DNA of 64,000 bases from the human T2T-CHM13v2.0 reference genome, Homo sapiens. Below, piece after piece: positions 28,250 through 40,665 of this stretch (positions are counted from its first letter, which is position 1; each line of letters begins with the position of its first letter). Position numbers and translations under genes: made by a program. The stretch lies in NCBI RefSeq assembly GCF_009914755.1, contig NC_060937.1; one strand, given 5' to 3'. A model generated the notes under the pieces. That model was given only the letters and a program-made list of their open reading frames with translations. It was not told the DNA's origin and searched no databases.

Positions 28250-30830
28250 AAGTGTCATTTGATGAAAACAAAAAGGAATGGTCAGGCTCACAAACATAGT
28301 AAGAATGTTATTATAATGTTTTTCAACATTGTTCTGAATATCCTCAGCAGCATGAATAGCAAATAAATGAATAAATAACCTCAGAAGAAGGAAATCAGAC
28401 TGCCATTATTTACAAATAGTATGCTTGTGTACATAGAAAATACAAAAGAATATAAAAAAGGTATTAGAATTAAATATGAGTTAAGGAAATTCAAAAACTT
28501 ACTGTAATGGTTAAAGATGGATAATGGGCACATAAAAGTTTGTTACACAAGTCTATTTTCTATATGTTTGAAAATTTCCAGAATAAAATTTTGGAGAAAA
28601 AAATGAATTTTGCAAAGTTCATGAATAAAGTCTGTTCCACCATAGTCAATTAAATTTGCGTATACTAGAGACACCAAAAATGAAAATTTAAAAGATAGCA
28701 TTTACAATAAGAGCAAAATATATCAAATACCTAGAAATAAACATAAGTGAATACAAAATATCTAAGCATAAGACTATAAAATAATATTAACAGAAATAAA
28801 AACAAATCTAAATGCTTACAGGATAATCCATGCTGATGGAGTAAAGAGTTGATATTGTAAAGATGCCAGTTCTCCCAAATTTATCTATAGATCCAATGTA
28901 ATTTAAATATTGTGTGTGTGTGTGTAACTTGACAAACTGATTCTAAAAGTAATATTAAATGTATATTTGGATATGCAAAAGGTCAAGAATGATCAAGATA
29001 ACCTTAAAGAGGAAAAAGGTAAGACAGCTTGCTCTACTTATATTAGCGATTATTATAAAGCTCTATCTACTTATGTTAGTGATTATAAAGCTCTAACATT
29101 AAAATGGTGTGTTGATGGTACACAATAGACAAATAGATCAATGGAAGAAAATAGAGAACACAGAAACAGATACTTATTTATGTAGACATTGATTTATAAT
29201 AAAGGTGGAAAAAGGGTAGCCTTTTCAATAAATGGTGTTAGGCTAACTGAATATTCACAAAGGGAAAAATGCTCTCTACATTTTACCGTGGGAAAAAAAT
29301 CTATTCTGAGTAGTTTGTAGATATGTACGTGAACGGCAAATAATAATAATGGAAAATAATGCAGAATAGTATCTCTATGACCTTGAAAAAGGAAAATGAT
29401 TTTAAGCAGGTCATTAACGAAAACAATGATGAATTGTGTTATATTAAATTAAGAATTTCTGATGATCAGAAATAAAAGAAACTATCAGCAGTATGAAAAG
29501 GCAAGCTATGACATGTGTTAAAATAAAATATTCGGCCTAATTAAGTTTAAAGGTGTATAATTGATTCTAAATGAACAATTCGTGAATCGGGCAGCCCCCA
29601 GAATCACAGCAGATTCAGAGAGACTCCAGTGCGGTGGAAGAAGATTTATAGACAAAAAAAGGGAAGTGGGTACAGACATCAGAAGTGAGGTACAGAAACA
29701 ACTGGATTGGTTACAGCTCAGCGTTTGCCTTATTTGAACACAGTTTGAACACTCAGCAGTGTACGAGTGGTTGAAGTACGGCTGCTGGGATTGGCCAAGA
29801 CTCAGCTGTTGTTACAGGCACATACTCCTAAATTAGGTTTTCAGTCTTCTCTACCTGTTAAGTTAGGTTGCAGTTTGTCCACAAAGACTCAAATATAGAA
29901 GTATGCAGTCCTTCTCAGGCCATATTTAGTTCGCTTTAGCACATGGCAGAAGACATTTTCAGCAATTGAGTCAACAAAGAGCTCACATCCAAAATGCATA
30001 AAGAACTAACAAAAACCAAGTAGAAAAACAGAAAATCTAATGAAAAAAGGAGTAGGACACTTAAACAGGCATTCATAACCGATGCTATCCAAAGAAAGGA
30101 TAAATATATGTAAAGGTGTCAACCTCACAACGAGGTATCACAGCACAGCTAACAGAATGGTTAAAACTAAAAATCAACTAATAATATCAAGTGCTAACAA
30201 GCATGTGAAGCAATAAGCATTCTCATATACTGCTCATAGGAATGTAAATTGGTAAATTAACTTCGGTAAACAATTGGCATTATCTACTACAGCTGAAGAC
30301 ATGCATATTATTTGAGCTAGCACTTCTACATACTTACCTAACATAAATGTATGCCATGTGCACCAAGAGACATGTACAAGAATGATTATAGTAGCATTAT
30401 TCATAATAAATCCTGACTAGGAAAAATCAGAATGTCTATTAACATTAGAATGGATAATTAAATTGCAGTATATCAATACAGTTGAATACTAAATAACAAT
30501 GAAAATTAATGGATTATAGCCTTCAGCAACAAGATAGAAGAATATCACAAGCATAAATTTTAGTGAAAGAAACTGGATACCAAAAATATATACTCTATGA
30601 TTTCACTTATACAAACTTCAGAAACAGGTAAATCTACATGATGATGTCAGAATTTATGATAGTGGTTTTTTTTGTGTGGAAAAGACAGGGTGGTGATTAG
30701 AAAGAGGCCTAAAAAAAAGACTCTGGGATGCCAGCAATGTTTTATTTCTTGACTTACGTCAGAGTTACAGAGGTGTTTGCATTGGGATAACTAAGTTATA
30801 TATTTGTGAATTATAAACTTTTAAAAATAT
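28250..30830 (+). mobile_element. Old L1 (L1M-type) ORF2/3' region, split by a MER57 LTR
   Basis: Degenerate ORF2 sequence (gatattgtaaagatgccagttctcccaaatttatctatagat, atagatcaatggaa, cttttcaataaatggtg, gtagcattattcataata). Confidence 0.8.
29516..29941 (-). mobile_element. MER57-family (ERV1) solo LTR
   Basis: TG...CA ends. gactcaaatatagaagta...ccttctcaggccatatttagtt. Perfect 4-bp TSD catg at 29512-29515 and 29942-29945. Confidence 0.88.
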
Positions 30831-30999
30831 TAGAAATGGAAAAGAAATATAAAATAAAATCAGGCAGAAATGAGAAACAAGTTGATATAAAAATAACTTG
30901 CTAGATATCTTAGAATTTTTTTAAATGTTATTGAAGTTTGTTTTAAACACAAAGGATAAGATCTAAACACTGAAAGATAATACTGTGAAAATTATTTTT

Positions 31000-31430
31000 A
31001 ATTCATCATCGATAGACAAAAGAAAAGACTTCAAAAAGTCATAGAAGATATGCAACATTTGTGAAACAGGCATTCCATTTTTTCAATTATAGAAAAATAA
31101 TATTTAAAGACATATAGTCAAGAATTTTCCAAAGTTGAAGGAATACCTGAGTCCCACAATAAATGAAAATATGATACATTGAAGCATATGATTTGAAACC
31201 TGCAGAATATCAAGGATAAGAATAAGACCTTAAAAGCTGCTGGAGAGAAAATACCAACAAAAGAGCAACAATTACAGTAGATTTCCCTTCAGCAACAGTA
31301 TATGTCAGAATACAATGGCATTTCTCAAATTTCTGGAAGAAAATAAGTCAACCCAAAGTTTTATACCCAGCTAAATCATCATATTGAGCACAATAAAGAC
31401 ATCTCCAGACATCAAAGACTAATGTACATT
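31000..31430 (+). mobile_element. Ancient L1 ORF1-like or HAL1 fragment
   Basis: agaattttccaaa...cttaaaagctgctggagagaaaa...gatttcccttcagcaacag...ttatacccagctaaa. Confidence 0.55.
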
Positions 31431-31666
31431 TCCCTTTACCACAATGACTACTCTCTTTAGATTTCATTTCTCACTTCCTTTTCCACTGTTTTTGAAACAC
31501 ATTGTCTGCCAAGTAAAGAATTCTATTTCCAAATTCATTAATATGTTTGCCCTCTTGTCATGTTCCTGAATCCCCTCCCAAATAGTCACCAGTGCCATAT
31601 GAATACATAGAATTTGTCTTTCTGCTCCTGTGTCCAGACTGCTAAGTACTGTGAAAAAAAATAATG

Positions 31667-31725
31667 AAAGAAGGAAGGAAGGAAGGAAGGGAGGAGGAGG
31701 AAAGAAAGAAAGAGAAAGAGAGAAA
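31667..31725. repeat. (GGAA)n / GA-rich simple repeat
   Basis: Directly visible. Confidence 0.85.
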
Positions 31726-32754
31726 TCAGCTAACTGAGCTATCAAAATTATACACCACTAGGGGCTTCAGGCTGCTTAGCATTGCTTTTACTTACACTCA
31801 GTTATCTCCACTTTACATTACTCATGTTACTTATTCCTTATTTCTTGTTCTATCCACAAGCCGTTCATTTTTACTCTTTTTATTGTCCACAAAATGCCTC
31901 TTACTTCTCAGTGAAAAAAAAGATGAATGGCCTTAACTTATTTATTTCTGGGAGGTCAAAATCAAAATGTACGTAATTGACAGTGTATGTCTCCTCTGTT
32001 GTTGAAGAAATTGAAACTATTTAATTCCTTAGTAGATTAGTGCTTACAATTTCATATCTGCTCTATACCATCACCATCATCACATAAAAATAACTATAGC
32101 AACAATACTGTACTTTTATTTAAAAACAAAAATCTTCCACAGATATTCTCACTATTGATAGAATGGGTTTATTATCTCCAATCAACAGAGAGTGATTTGC
32201 CCAAAATCACAATTATTTGTGTGCCAAACTGAGACTAGAACCTATGGTCCTTCGTTCCCAAAATGAGTTCTTTGTTCATTGCTCTATCCTGCCACTGTAC
32301 TTTGAAATGATACTGTTTTACTCAACTGTGTCAGGACAGAATAACCCTCCAGGTAGTGTGAATAAAGTTCCCTATAAAAAAATTCTTATTAGAGAAAATA
32401 TTTCTTTACTATGTTAATCATTTCCCTTAATAAAAATATCAGTCAGAAGAAAAGACACAGGAAAAAATCTACTTAACAACTGTAATGCATATTTGTTTCC
32501 CCTTCTCACCCCAGTGAAATCCTTTCTCCTACTCAATATTGCTTGTTATCTTTGATACCTACAGCTATGTTTGCTCATTTGTAAGAATGCAACTTCAGGT
32601 CTACTCATGAAATGAAGAAACCCTTTGCTGTCAACTTCAGTCATAATACTGTACTTGACCCAGCTAGCTAGAATACTTAATGTTGATACACTCTAAGCAA
32701 ACATACCATTTTTGTTATCTCCTGCTGTAAACAAACAGGAAATTAAAATTCTTC

Positions 32755-32835
32755 AGGTTAGATTCTATCCTTGGATTCTTGACTCCCACTGAAATCAATG
32801 GGAGCTGTATATGCATTTATAAAGAGAAATTTAAC
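32755..32835. mobile_element. Ancient palindromic element (MER135/UCON-like)
   Basis: Central ctcccactgaaatcaatgggag (32783-32804) with degenerate arms. Family name is from memory. Confidence 0.45.
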
Positions 32836-33134
32836 TTTTTTAATTTAGAGGAAATCGCAAGAACTTTAAAAATGACTTTTTGAACAAAATTGAAAGGAAT
32901 AATTTATTCAATCAATTATACTTTTTAGTACAAATGTTTATATGGCTCATAAAATTGTTGGTCTGCTTCTATTATGATAAACAACTAGCAAACTAGAGTT
33001 AGGAATAAAAAAAATGAAACACTGAATTATGAGAGACAGGATTATACTGGGAGAAAAGGATGTGGTTTTGAGGTCATAAAGGCCTGATTATAACTTCCAA
33101 GTAAGAAATTACTTAGCCATAACATAATGGTTAG

Positions 33135-33335
33135 CCATTTAATGAGTATGTTTTATGTGACAGGCATAGGTTAAACATTTTACCAAATCTCAATAAGTTC
33201 ATACTACTATTAGCCTCATTGTTAGTTGATGAAACTGAAGCTTAGAGAGGTTAAGTTGCTCAAGGTAACACAAAATGTGGTAAAGTTAGGATTCAGGCCC
33301 AACTTATCAGGCCCAATGGCCTGTGGTCATCACCA
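33135..33335 (-). mobile_element. MIR SINE
   Basis: gatgaaactgaagcttagagaggttaagttgctcaaggtaacaca. Confidence 0.7.
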
Positions 33336-33344
33336 AGTTTAAAG

Positions 33345-33620
33345 ACTGGTAGCCTGGGTGCCAAACCTAATCCACAACATGTTTCATTATTTTGAAACAG
33401 TGTTTTTAAAATTAAAATATTTCACCTAATGTCTGGATTTCTGGTTTCTGATAAGTTGGGAACCCAAGCAATAGCAAGCTGATACTTGAATATGACAGTG
33501 GTTGGCCACCTGGATAGCAGCTGTCCCTTCAGACAAAGCATGAACTCATAGGTCCCCATGGCTCCAGATTGTATTATACCCACCTGCTTCATTCATGGAT
33601 ATCACTTGACTCCTGCAGTG
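33345..33620. mobile_element. MER102-like hAT-Charlie fossil
   Basis: aatgtctggatttctggtttctg...gcagctgtcccttcagacaaagcatg...acctgcttcattcat. Confidence 0.55.
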
Positions 33621-34514
33621 TTACAGTGGCTGTAACACTGTACACTCCCTCCAAGGAAGGTATGTCGTCTCTTTGAGGCTTATTGTTACTATCTTATTAA
33701 GTAGAAATATTAAGACCCACCATGCCTGCTACAAGGAAAAAATTCAACAATGTACATAAGCACCCAGAAAATACTAGGCACTTATTAAATAGTAACAATT
33801 ATTATTTTATTATTAAATAGTAATTATTATTTTATTAATAAAAGCATGAAAACTAAGTAATTTATTTTAACCAAGGAGTCAAGTTCAGGCACCTTGAAGA
33901 CACTATTATTTATACTACAACTGACAATTCATTTAAGTTGAAAATGTGCTGGTCTCTGAAATAAATACTTTCTAAAAGTAATCCACTACCAAAACAAACA
34001 AACAAAACAAAAAAGACAAAAACAAAGTAAATAAGCAAACAAAAAAAAAATCCCCCAAAGGGTGTTTAAACTAGGAGATAGAAGCAGACATTCAAGCAGC
34101 TAATTCTAGACAATCAAATGTGAAAGTGCAGAAGGTATGCCCTACTGACATATGTATTTATATCTAATTTTTTCTCAAAAGATATGTACATGCAAGGTCA
34201 TCTGACAAAAGTTAATAGGAAATCAGAGTGAAGAGGATTTAAAAGTAGGAAAATCTAAAAGTGGGTAGAGATAAGTACCATCTACCTCTCTACAGAGGAT
34301 GACAATCTTTGGCTCAGCATATTCTGATAGCCAAAGCTAAAGAGGAAACACAATCCATTATGTGATTCACAGTGCTCCTAAGATTACAAACTCACCAGTG
34401 GCTTTCCTGATGCTGCATTCTGAGAGAAATATATTATCAGAATCAGACTTTGAGCAATAAATGGATATTGGAGAGTTTGCATTTATGGTTTCTGGCAGAA
34501 CTCTGGATTGCCGT

Positions 34515-34728
34515 CAGGAGTTGGCAAACTTTCCGTGAAGGACCAAATAGCAAATATTTTAGCCTTCATGGGCCACACAGTTTCTTTTGCAACTACTTCA
34601 TTCTGCCATTAAGATGTGAAAGCAGACTTGGACAATATGTAAATAAATGACATGAGCGTGTTTCAACTATTTAGGAAAACAAGCAGCAGGATGGATGTGA
34701 TAGAGAAGCTGTGGTTGACCAGCCCCTG
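34515..34728 (-). mobile_element. MER58A (hAT-Charlie)
   Basis: caggagttggcaaactttccgtgaaggaccaaatagcaaatattttag...gacaatatgtaaataaatg...cccctg. Confidence 0.8.
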
Positions 34729-35429
34729 GTCTATGTCGTCAATTCAAAGCAGAGTTGTCATTTCCAAAAGATATTTTTTGATGGTTCTATTAGTGAAAAA
34801 TAAAAGCTATTTTTCAGATTGATGATTGCTTTCTGGAGCTGACTATCCACTCCTTACAGCTTGGAGTAGAGTGTTAAGAAGTGGATCAAAATTCCAATAG
34901 GCATTAAATAGTGGTACTTCTTGTGTTATGCTGGTATACTGGCTGTTACCTAGACTGTACAGGAAGGAGTGACTGAGTTTGAGGGGTTCATAGCTCAGGT
35001 GGCCATCTAGACAGGGACCAGGCAGGGTCTGTGCGTTGACACTGGAAGCCCCCAGAGCTCACACAACTGTGATAGTATAATGCAGCTTCCAAAGAGACCT
35101 ACGAGGAAGATTATTTACATGTGTCTTGGAGTTGCAGAGGCTCTCTGGAAGTGAGGCTCACAATTTTCCAGAACATCTTCCAAAGGGTATTGAGAAAATC
35201 AGAGATTTTACATAACAAGGATTTTTGTTGTTGTTTTGTTTTGTTTTGATCATTACCAGTGACTAAAATTGTCCTTCATCTCTCCAGTCATACCTTCTTC
35301 TGACGAGTCCATAGTAATTTCAGAATGCAGTAATATTAATAGTTCATTTCCATCCAAAGGAATCATTGTCTCTAGTTTTTTTTTTTTTTTTCAAATAAAA
35401 ATTTAAGAAACGCTACATATAAAAATGAC

Positions 35430-35830
35430 CATTTCTATGCCAGGCACTTAGTAGTAAGTGAGAAAACAAAGTACTGAATTTGAATCTGTACTTCATAGAA
35501 AAGCAAATTAATTTCAACTCAACAAAATTACTGAAATATGCAAAGAACAAAGTTATTAATTGAGTCTGGGGAGGTCAGGGAAGCTGGCACTGAGGAGGTT
35601 ACATTTGAACTCAGTCTTAATGGAATCAGACATGCACCAAATGGGAAAAGAGTGTAGGCAATGATGACGGGCAGGAGGACACTGCTGGCAAAAGACACAG
35701 CATGAGCAAAGGCATGTGACATAAGGGAACATGGAAGGTTCTAGAATGGAAAGCACTATATTTTCACAAATGTGTGATGTGAAGAAGGCATAAGAGATGA
35801 AGCTGGAGAAGTAGGCAAGACACTATCAAG
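35430..35830 (-). mobile_element. L2 fragment
   Basis: ggggaggtcagggaagctggcactgaggaggttacatttgaactcagtctt...gcatgagcaaaggcatg. Confidence 0.7.
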
Positions 35831-36721
35831 TTAAAGGGAATATTGAAGCAGATTAAGACCAACAGTGGTAGCCTTCATCAATGAGCTAATGCGTCTGTGG
35901 AAGGCACATCCCAGAGAAATAAATCACACAAGTATCAAGGGGGTCTGCCCTTATTTGGGGCTTAGAACAGAGAAACAGAGACTGGCTTGGCAGCAGGGGT
36001 CTTGTAGCTCTCATAACACCAGAGGCACAACTCTGAGAAGGATAAAGTTTCCTGAATCACAGGAAAAGATGCCCTGCAAAGTAAAAGGTGAAAATGTCAA
36101 TGTTCTCCTGGCACTAAAGATCTTAGATACAGCATCTTCAAGAAGCTCCTCAGGTGGAGGTCCTCAGGCTCCCTGTCCTCTTGAACCCTCACCAGGTTTT
36201 GGAGAGAACTGCAGTAATTTGTACTTTTTTTCTCTTCTTTTCTTTTTTCTTACCCCCCCGCCCGCCCCCGGAAAAGAGGGAGGGCTGAAAAAAAAGTAAA
36301 AGTCTCCCTTTGTTTTCTTCACTCCCCTACTGGGTTCTTGATTCATTAGGAATTGGTTCCAGTTCCTGGAGCATCCCTGGAGCCAGCTACCCTGGCTTTC
36401 ACTGGCAGCCTTCACAGTAACACAAGCAGCCTGCAGCCCCACTCTGTACTCAGCTTTTATTCATGCTAGGAAGGCCTTCTCGCCTTCGGAAAATTCACAC
36501 TGCTCCCTGATCCAAATGAGAAGAACTGCCTTTTAAGCAACGCTAAGACTTTCAGATAATAATCACCCTCGAACTTGAAAACATAACGCTCCTGTTTCAT
36601 TGTGATCTCTTCATTGGTTTCTAGACCTCAAACTCCCCAGGGAATGTCACAAATTCACATGCTATCTCTGAAAAATAGATACAGCACTTGCAGCTCTGAT
36701 TTACCTAAGAAGCGGTGTTAG

Positions 36722-36752
36722 AAAAAAAAAGAAAGAAAGAAAGAAAGAAAAA
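36722..36752. repeat. A-run plus (GAAA)n
   Basis: Directly visible. Confidence 0.8.
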
Positions 36753-36984
36753 CAACATATTCATGTAGCCAGACAGCTCCCTGTCACAGACACAGATAAG
36801 AAAGCTCAAACTGTTAAGTTATTCTAGGAAAAGGCTGAACATTTTATATTAACTTGTTTCCTTCCAGGTTTTTTCTTTTTTTCAGGGAGCTTGAGAAAAA
36901 ATTTTACCTATTCCCTTTTTTACTAAGCAATTTGTCATCAGATAAAGTAGCTAAAAAAATAGTGGTGAGTACAAGAAGGCATCC

Positions 36985-37635
36985 TAGGCAGCATGGTGCA
37001 ATGGGAACTGTCAAAGGACCATGAGAGCAGACAGAGCTGGGTTTAAAGCCTGTCACTAGTTAGCTGGGTGACCTGAGCAAGTATTGCAAATGCCCTGAGG
37101 CTCAATTTCTTATCACCATAAAAAGCTCACGAGATTGGGAAGGTTAAATTAGATAATGTGTTGATTTAACTCCTCCAAGAAGCAGGCATTAAGAGAGTTC
37201 ATTCAGGGAAACATCTGAGAGATAAAACGGGAAGGAAGCGGAGTAGGCTGAGAGATAGACCACAATGCAGTCTGGCCCCTGTGAAGGCGAGAGGGAAGGC
37301 TTGGGCGAGAGCCTCCTGACTGGGGTTCTAAGAAAGTTCAGCAAGGCCAATGGGAAGTACTTGTCAAGCTTAAGTCACTTGTCAGCGAATTCTCCATTTC
37401 CCAGAAACAGATCAGCCTTAGCATCCCTGCCACACTCAATCATCAGCTGGGAGCAGCCGTGGGAAGCTTGGCCTCCATACAAACTTGGTGATGGATTTCA
37501 GAACACAACAGCTGGGGCCAGACAATTATGCTCCCTGCTGAAAGAGATTTGAGAGACATGGTCTCATAACAGATAACATATGAAAAGCACTTGGCACCAG
37601 TAATTGGCATATAGAAGTCATTCAATACATGTACT
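36985..37635 (+). mobile_element. MIR split by an LTR
   Basis: MIR sequence up to ggttaaattagataa, resuming gataacatatgaaaagcacttggcac...tcaatacatg. Confidence 0.7.
37157..37571 (-). mobile_element. ERVL solo LTR (LTR16-like)
   Basis: TG...CA ends with perfect 5-bp TSD gataa (37152-37156, 37572-37576). cccctgtgaaggcgagagggaagg and acagctggggcc motifs. Confidence 0.75.
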
Positions 37636-37666
37636 TTCTCCCTTAGATGGAGTTGTTCTGGTGGTG

Positions 37667-37802
37667 TTTTTGTTTTTGTTTTTTTGAGACTGGGTCTCTC
37701 TATGTTGCTCAGGCTGATCTTGAACTCCTGGGCTCAAATTATCCTCACACCTCAGCCTCCCAAGTAAGCCAGGATTACAGGTACACACCACTACATCCGG
37801 CC
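37667..37802 (-). mobile_element. FLAM (free left Alu monomer)
   Basis: Single monomer with T tail: gagactgggtctctctatgttgctcaggctgatcttgaactcctgggctcaa...ccggcc. Confidence 0.85.
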
Positions 37803-38359
37803 TGATGTCATTTTGTTAAAAGTCTTCATGATTTAAATCAACTTTGAGATGTAAGTTGATCTTCAGTTTATGAAATGCAGTATACAAATTGGTGACATCT
37901 CATTCATATTTGGAAAAAGAATGTTTTTCATCATAAACTTTGAAGGAAGAAGAGGATGAAAGTCTTGCACTCTTCCAGAAGACGCGAGTCGTCCATCCCC
38001 GCTTGCTATCAATGGCAGAGTTCCCAGGATAGCAGTGGCATCCCTGGTTTACATGTCTGGGGGTAAAATTTTTCCATCCAATTTACACAAGCTTACATCA
38101 TAATCTATGCTTTCAGGCATCACACTCCTACTCTTGTGGGTTTCATACATTGCTAAAACATTTCATTTCTTGACATCCAAGAAAATCACCTGCTATTTCA
38201 GGTTATCATTTCCTAAGGGGCTACAGCTTCCAACTGAGAAGACCTCAAACTTCAGTCTCCCTTGGATGAAAGCAGAAGTCTACAGTTTCAAATCTATATA
38301 GCTTTCTAATTATCACACAAAGATCTTTATATGAGAATGTATAGGTAATGCATACTTAT

Positions 38360-38580
38360 ACAGACTTGGTTTCAGGTATCCAGGATTCCAGCAGTAGGTT
38401 TTTACTAGCTTTTTATTTGGAAACTACCTAACCTCTGTGAATCTCAGTCTCTTCATATTACAAAATTGGACTAGTGGTATCTTAGGTTGAAAAGTTGGCA
38501 TGAGGTTCAGAGACATTAAACACAAAACACCTAGTATAATGCCTAATACATAACAGGCACTTAATAAATTATAACTAATA
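38360..38580 (+). mobile_element. MIR SINE
   Basis: ctacctaacctctgtgaatctcagtctcttcat...taatgcctaatacataacaggcacttaataaat. Confidence 0.65.
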
Positions 38581-39251
38581 ATATCTTTTCTAGCTTCTGA
38601 ACTATAGGAAAATATACAGGAAATGTGTTCTGATATGAACTGCATAATGTTATGCAACTTATCAATAAAGAACTGCAACCAGAAACTCCAATAATAGTTA
38701 ATGCAATAATATCTGTTTAGAAAGCATATGATTATGGGTTGAAATCTAGCTGAAAATAGGAACCATAAAATTAAAAAATTATAATATATGAATAAACCTC
38801 ATAAAACTAGGAGTAGGGTTGTTCTCTGTCATAGATTCAGCCCCATAAGGCACAGTTATGGAATTGTATATGTAAAATTAGAAGGTAAAAGTTACCAAAT
38901 ATTTGCTACTAGTTGCTTCATAGCATCTTCCAGATCAAAGCACTGCTAATCTTTACAAACCAGAAGCAGAGATCCAACATTAGATATTTTTCCTAGATCT
39001 TGTTGGATATTTTCTTCGTTTATTTCATACTTTGATTTCATATGCCTGAGATTAAGTATACACTCCTTTTCAACCAAATTGACTTATTCTTTCCCCGAGG
39101 AAACAGGGCCTTCTCTGAAATGTATGGATCCTCTCCTGCCAAGAAGAGAAAAGTCTTCCTATCTTAATCGGGTCAAGGCCCCTCCTTGCTAGGCCCAGAG
39201 GTTGCTCAGCAGTAGCCGATAGAGAGAATGATTCCCGCTCTGCAACTGTCT

Positions 39252-39265
39252 GTTACCATGGAGAC
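39252..39265. promoter_or_regulatory. RFX X-box motif (candidate site)
   Basis: GTTACCATGGAGAC closely matches the RFX palindromic consensus GTTNCCATGGNAAC and lies in non-repeat sequence. Confidence 0.45.
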
Positions 39266-40037
39266 ATGCTAATTAGTGGATGATGAGAAAGCAGAGGAGT
39301 TCAGGGTCTATAAAGCCATGAGAAAGAAAGGGAAATAAATGGAAAAATATGGACAAAGAGAAATGAGAGGATCTTTTGGGGCAAATTGTAGGTAGAGAAG
39401 TCCTCAAATGATTGGATCATAATGAAGAGGTGGAAGAGGGTTATGAAAAGAGAATATTAATGACAAAGACTCATATATTATGAGTTTGATGAAATGAAGG
39501 GTGAAGACTATAGCGTAAGAGAAGAAATGGAAAACTCCAGTTTCACCAACTACAAACTCAAAGGATCATGGAATGTTAAATATCTGAATTTTAAAGGTGT
39601 TGAAGGACAGAACTATTCTTTTCTAAAGGAAAGAAAATGTGACATTTGGGGCCATCAAAATAGATTGCAAATCTCTGCAGACATTTCTCTGCTTAAACTT
39701 GAATTCACATTTACCAACCCATCATAATTTGCTGGGTGAAATGTCAATGCACCAATGCATGAGATTCCTGTCCAATTCTCTGAGCCAAAAGTGCCCTTGG
39801 ATTTCTATATCCAGACCTCCAAGAAATAATAGCATAGAAAAGGAAATATAGCCGACAATTTCAGGAGCTATGTTTTAAAAAGATAATATAGAGACAAAAG
39901 TGCCATACCTAAGGGCATATGAGTTCTTACATACCTAAGGCATTTTGAAAACTTGACTAAGTGATAACATCTGTCTTTTAAAGAGATAATTTTATATTAC
40001 ATTGATATAAATGTTTTCTATTTTATATATTGTATGG

Positions 40038-40412
40038 TTTTTTTAAATTATACTTTGTTTTAGGGTACATGTGCACAACGTGCAGGTTAGTTACATATGT
40101 ATACATGTGCCATGTTGGTGTGCTGCACCCATTAACTCGTCATTTAACATTAGGTATATCTCCTAATGCTATCCCTCCCCCTTCCTCCCACCCCACAACA
40201 GGCCCCGGTGTGTGATGTTCCCCTTCCTGTGTCCATGTATTCTCATTGTTCAATTCCCACCTGTGAGTGAGAATATGCGGTGTTTGGTTTTTTGTCCTTG
40301 CGATAGTTTGCTGAGAATGATGGTTTCCAGCTTCATCCATGTCCCTACAAAGGACATGAACTCATCACTTTTTATGGCTGCATAGTATTCCATGGTGTAT
40401 ATGTGCCACATT
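40038..40412 (-). mobile_element. L1PA (PA4/5-like) 3' end
   Basis: taacattaggtatatctcctaatgctatccc...acaacaggccccggtgtgtgatg...atgtgccacatt. Confidence 0.93.
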
Positions 40413-40665
40413 ACACACTATTGCTGTATTACACTTGAGCTGTTAACACATTTTGCAAGAGATATTTATGCAAATACAAACATATTGTTAATGTACTAAT
40501 AAGTAAGCTACTGGTGAAGGCCAAGATATTATATCAGAATAAACCCAGGTATGAAGGAAGAAAACTGGCCCATCGTGTTAGTTTCAGAGGAGTTATGGAG
40601 TTGTATGAGTCTCATGTGCAAAACTCTTCTCATGCCTGTGCAGATGAATGAATGCACAGCACTCC

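Noticed and set aside
35865-36299. 144-aa plus-strand ORF
   Set aside because: Non-ATG start, low-complexity end and no recognisable domain. Chance ORF.
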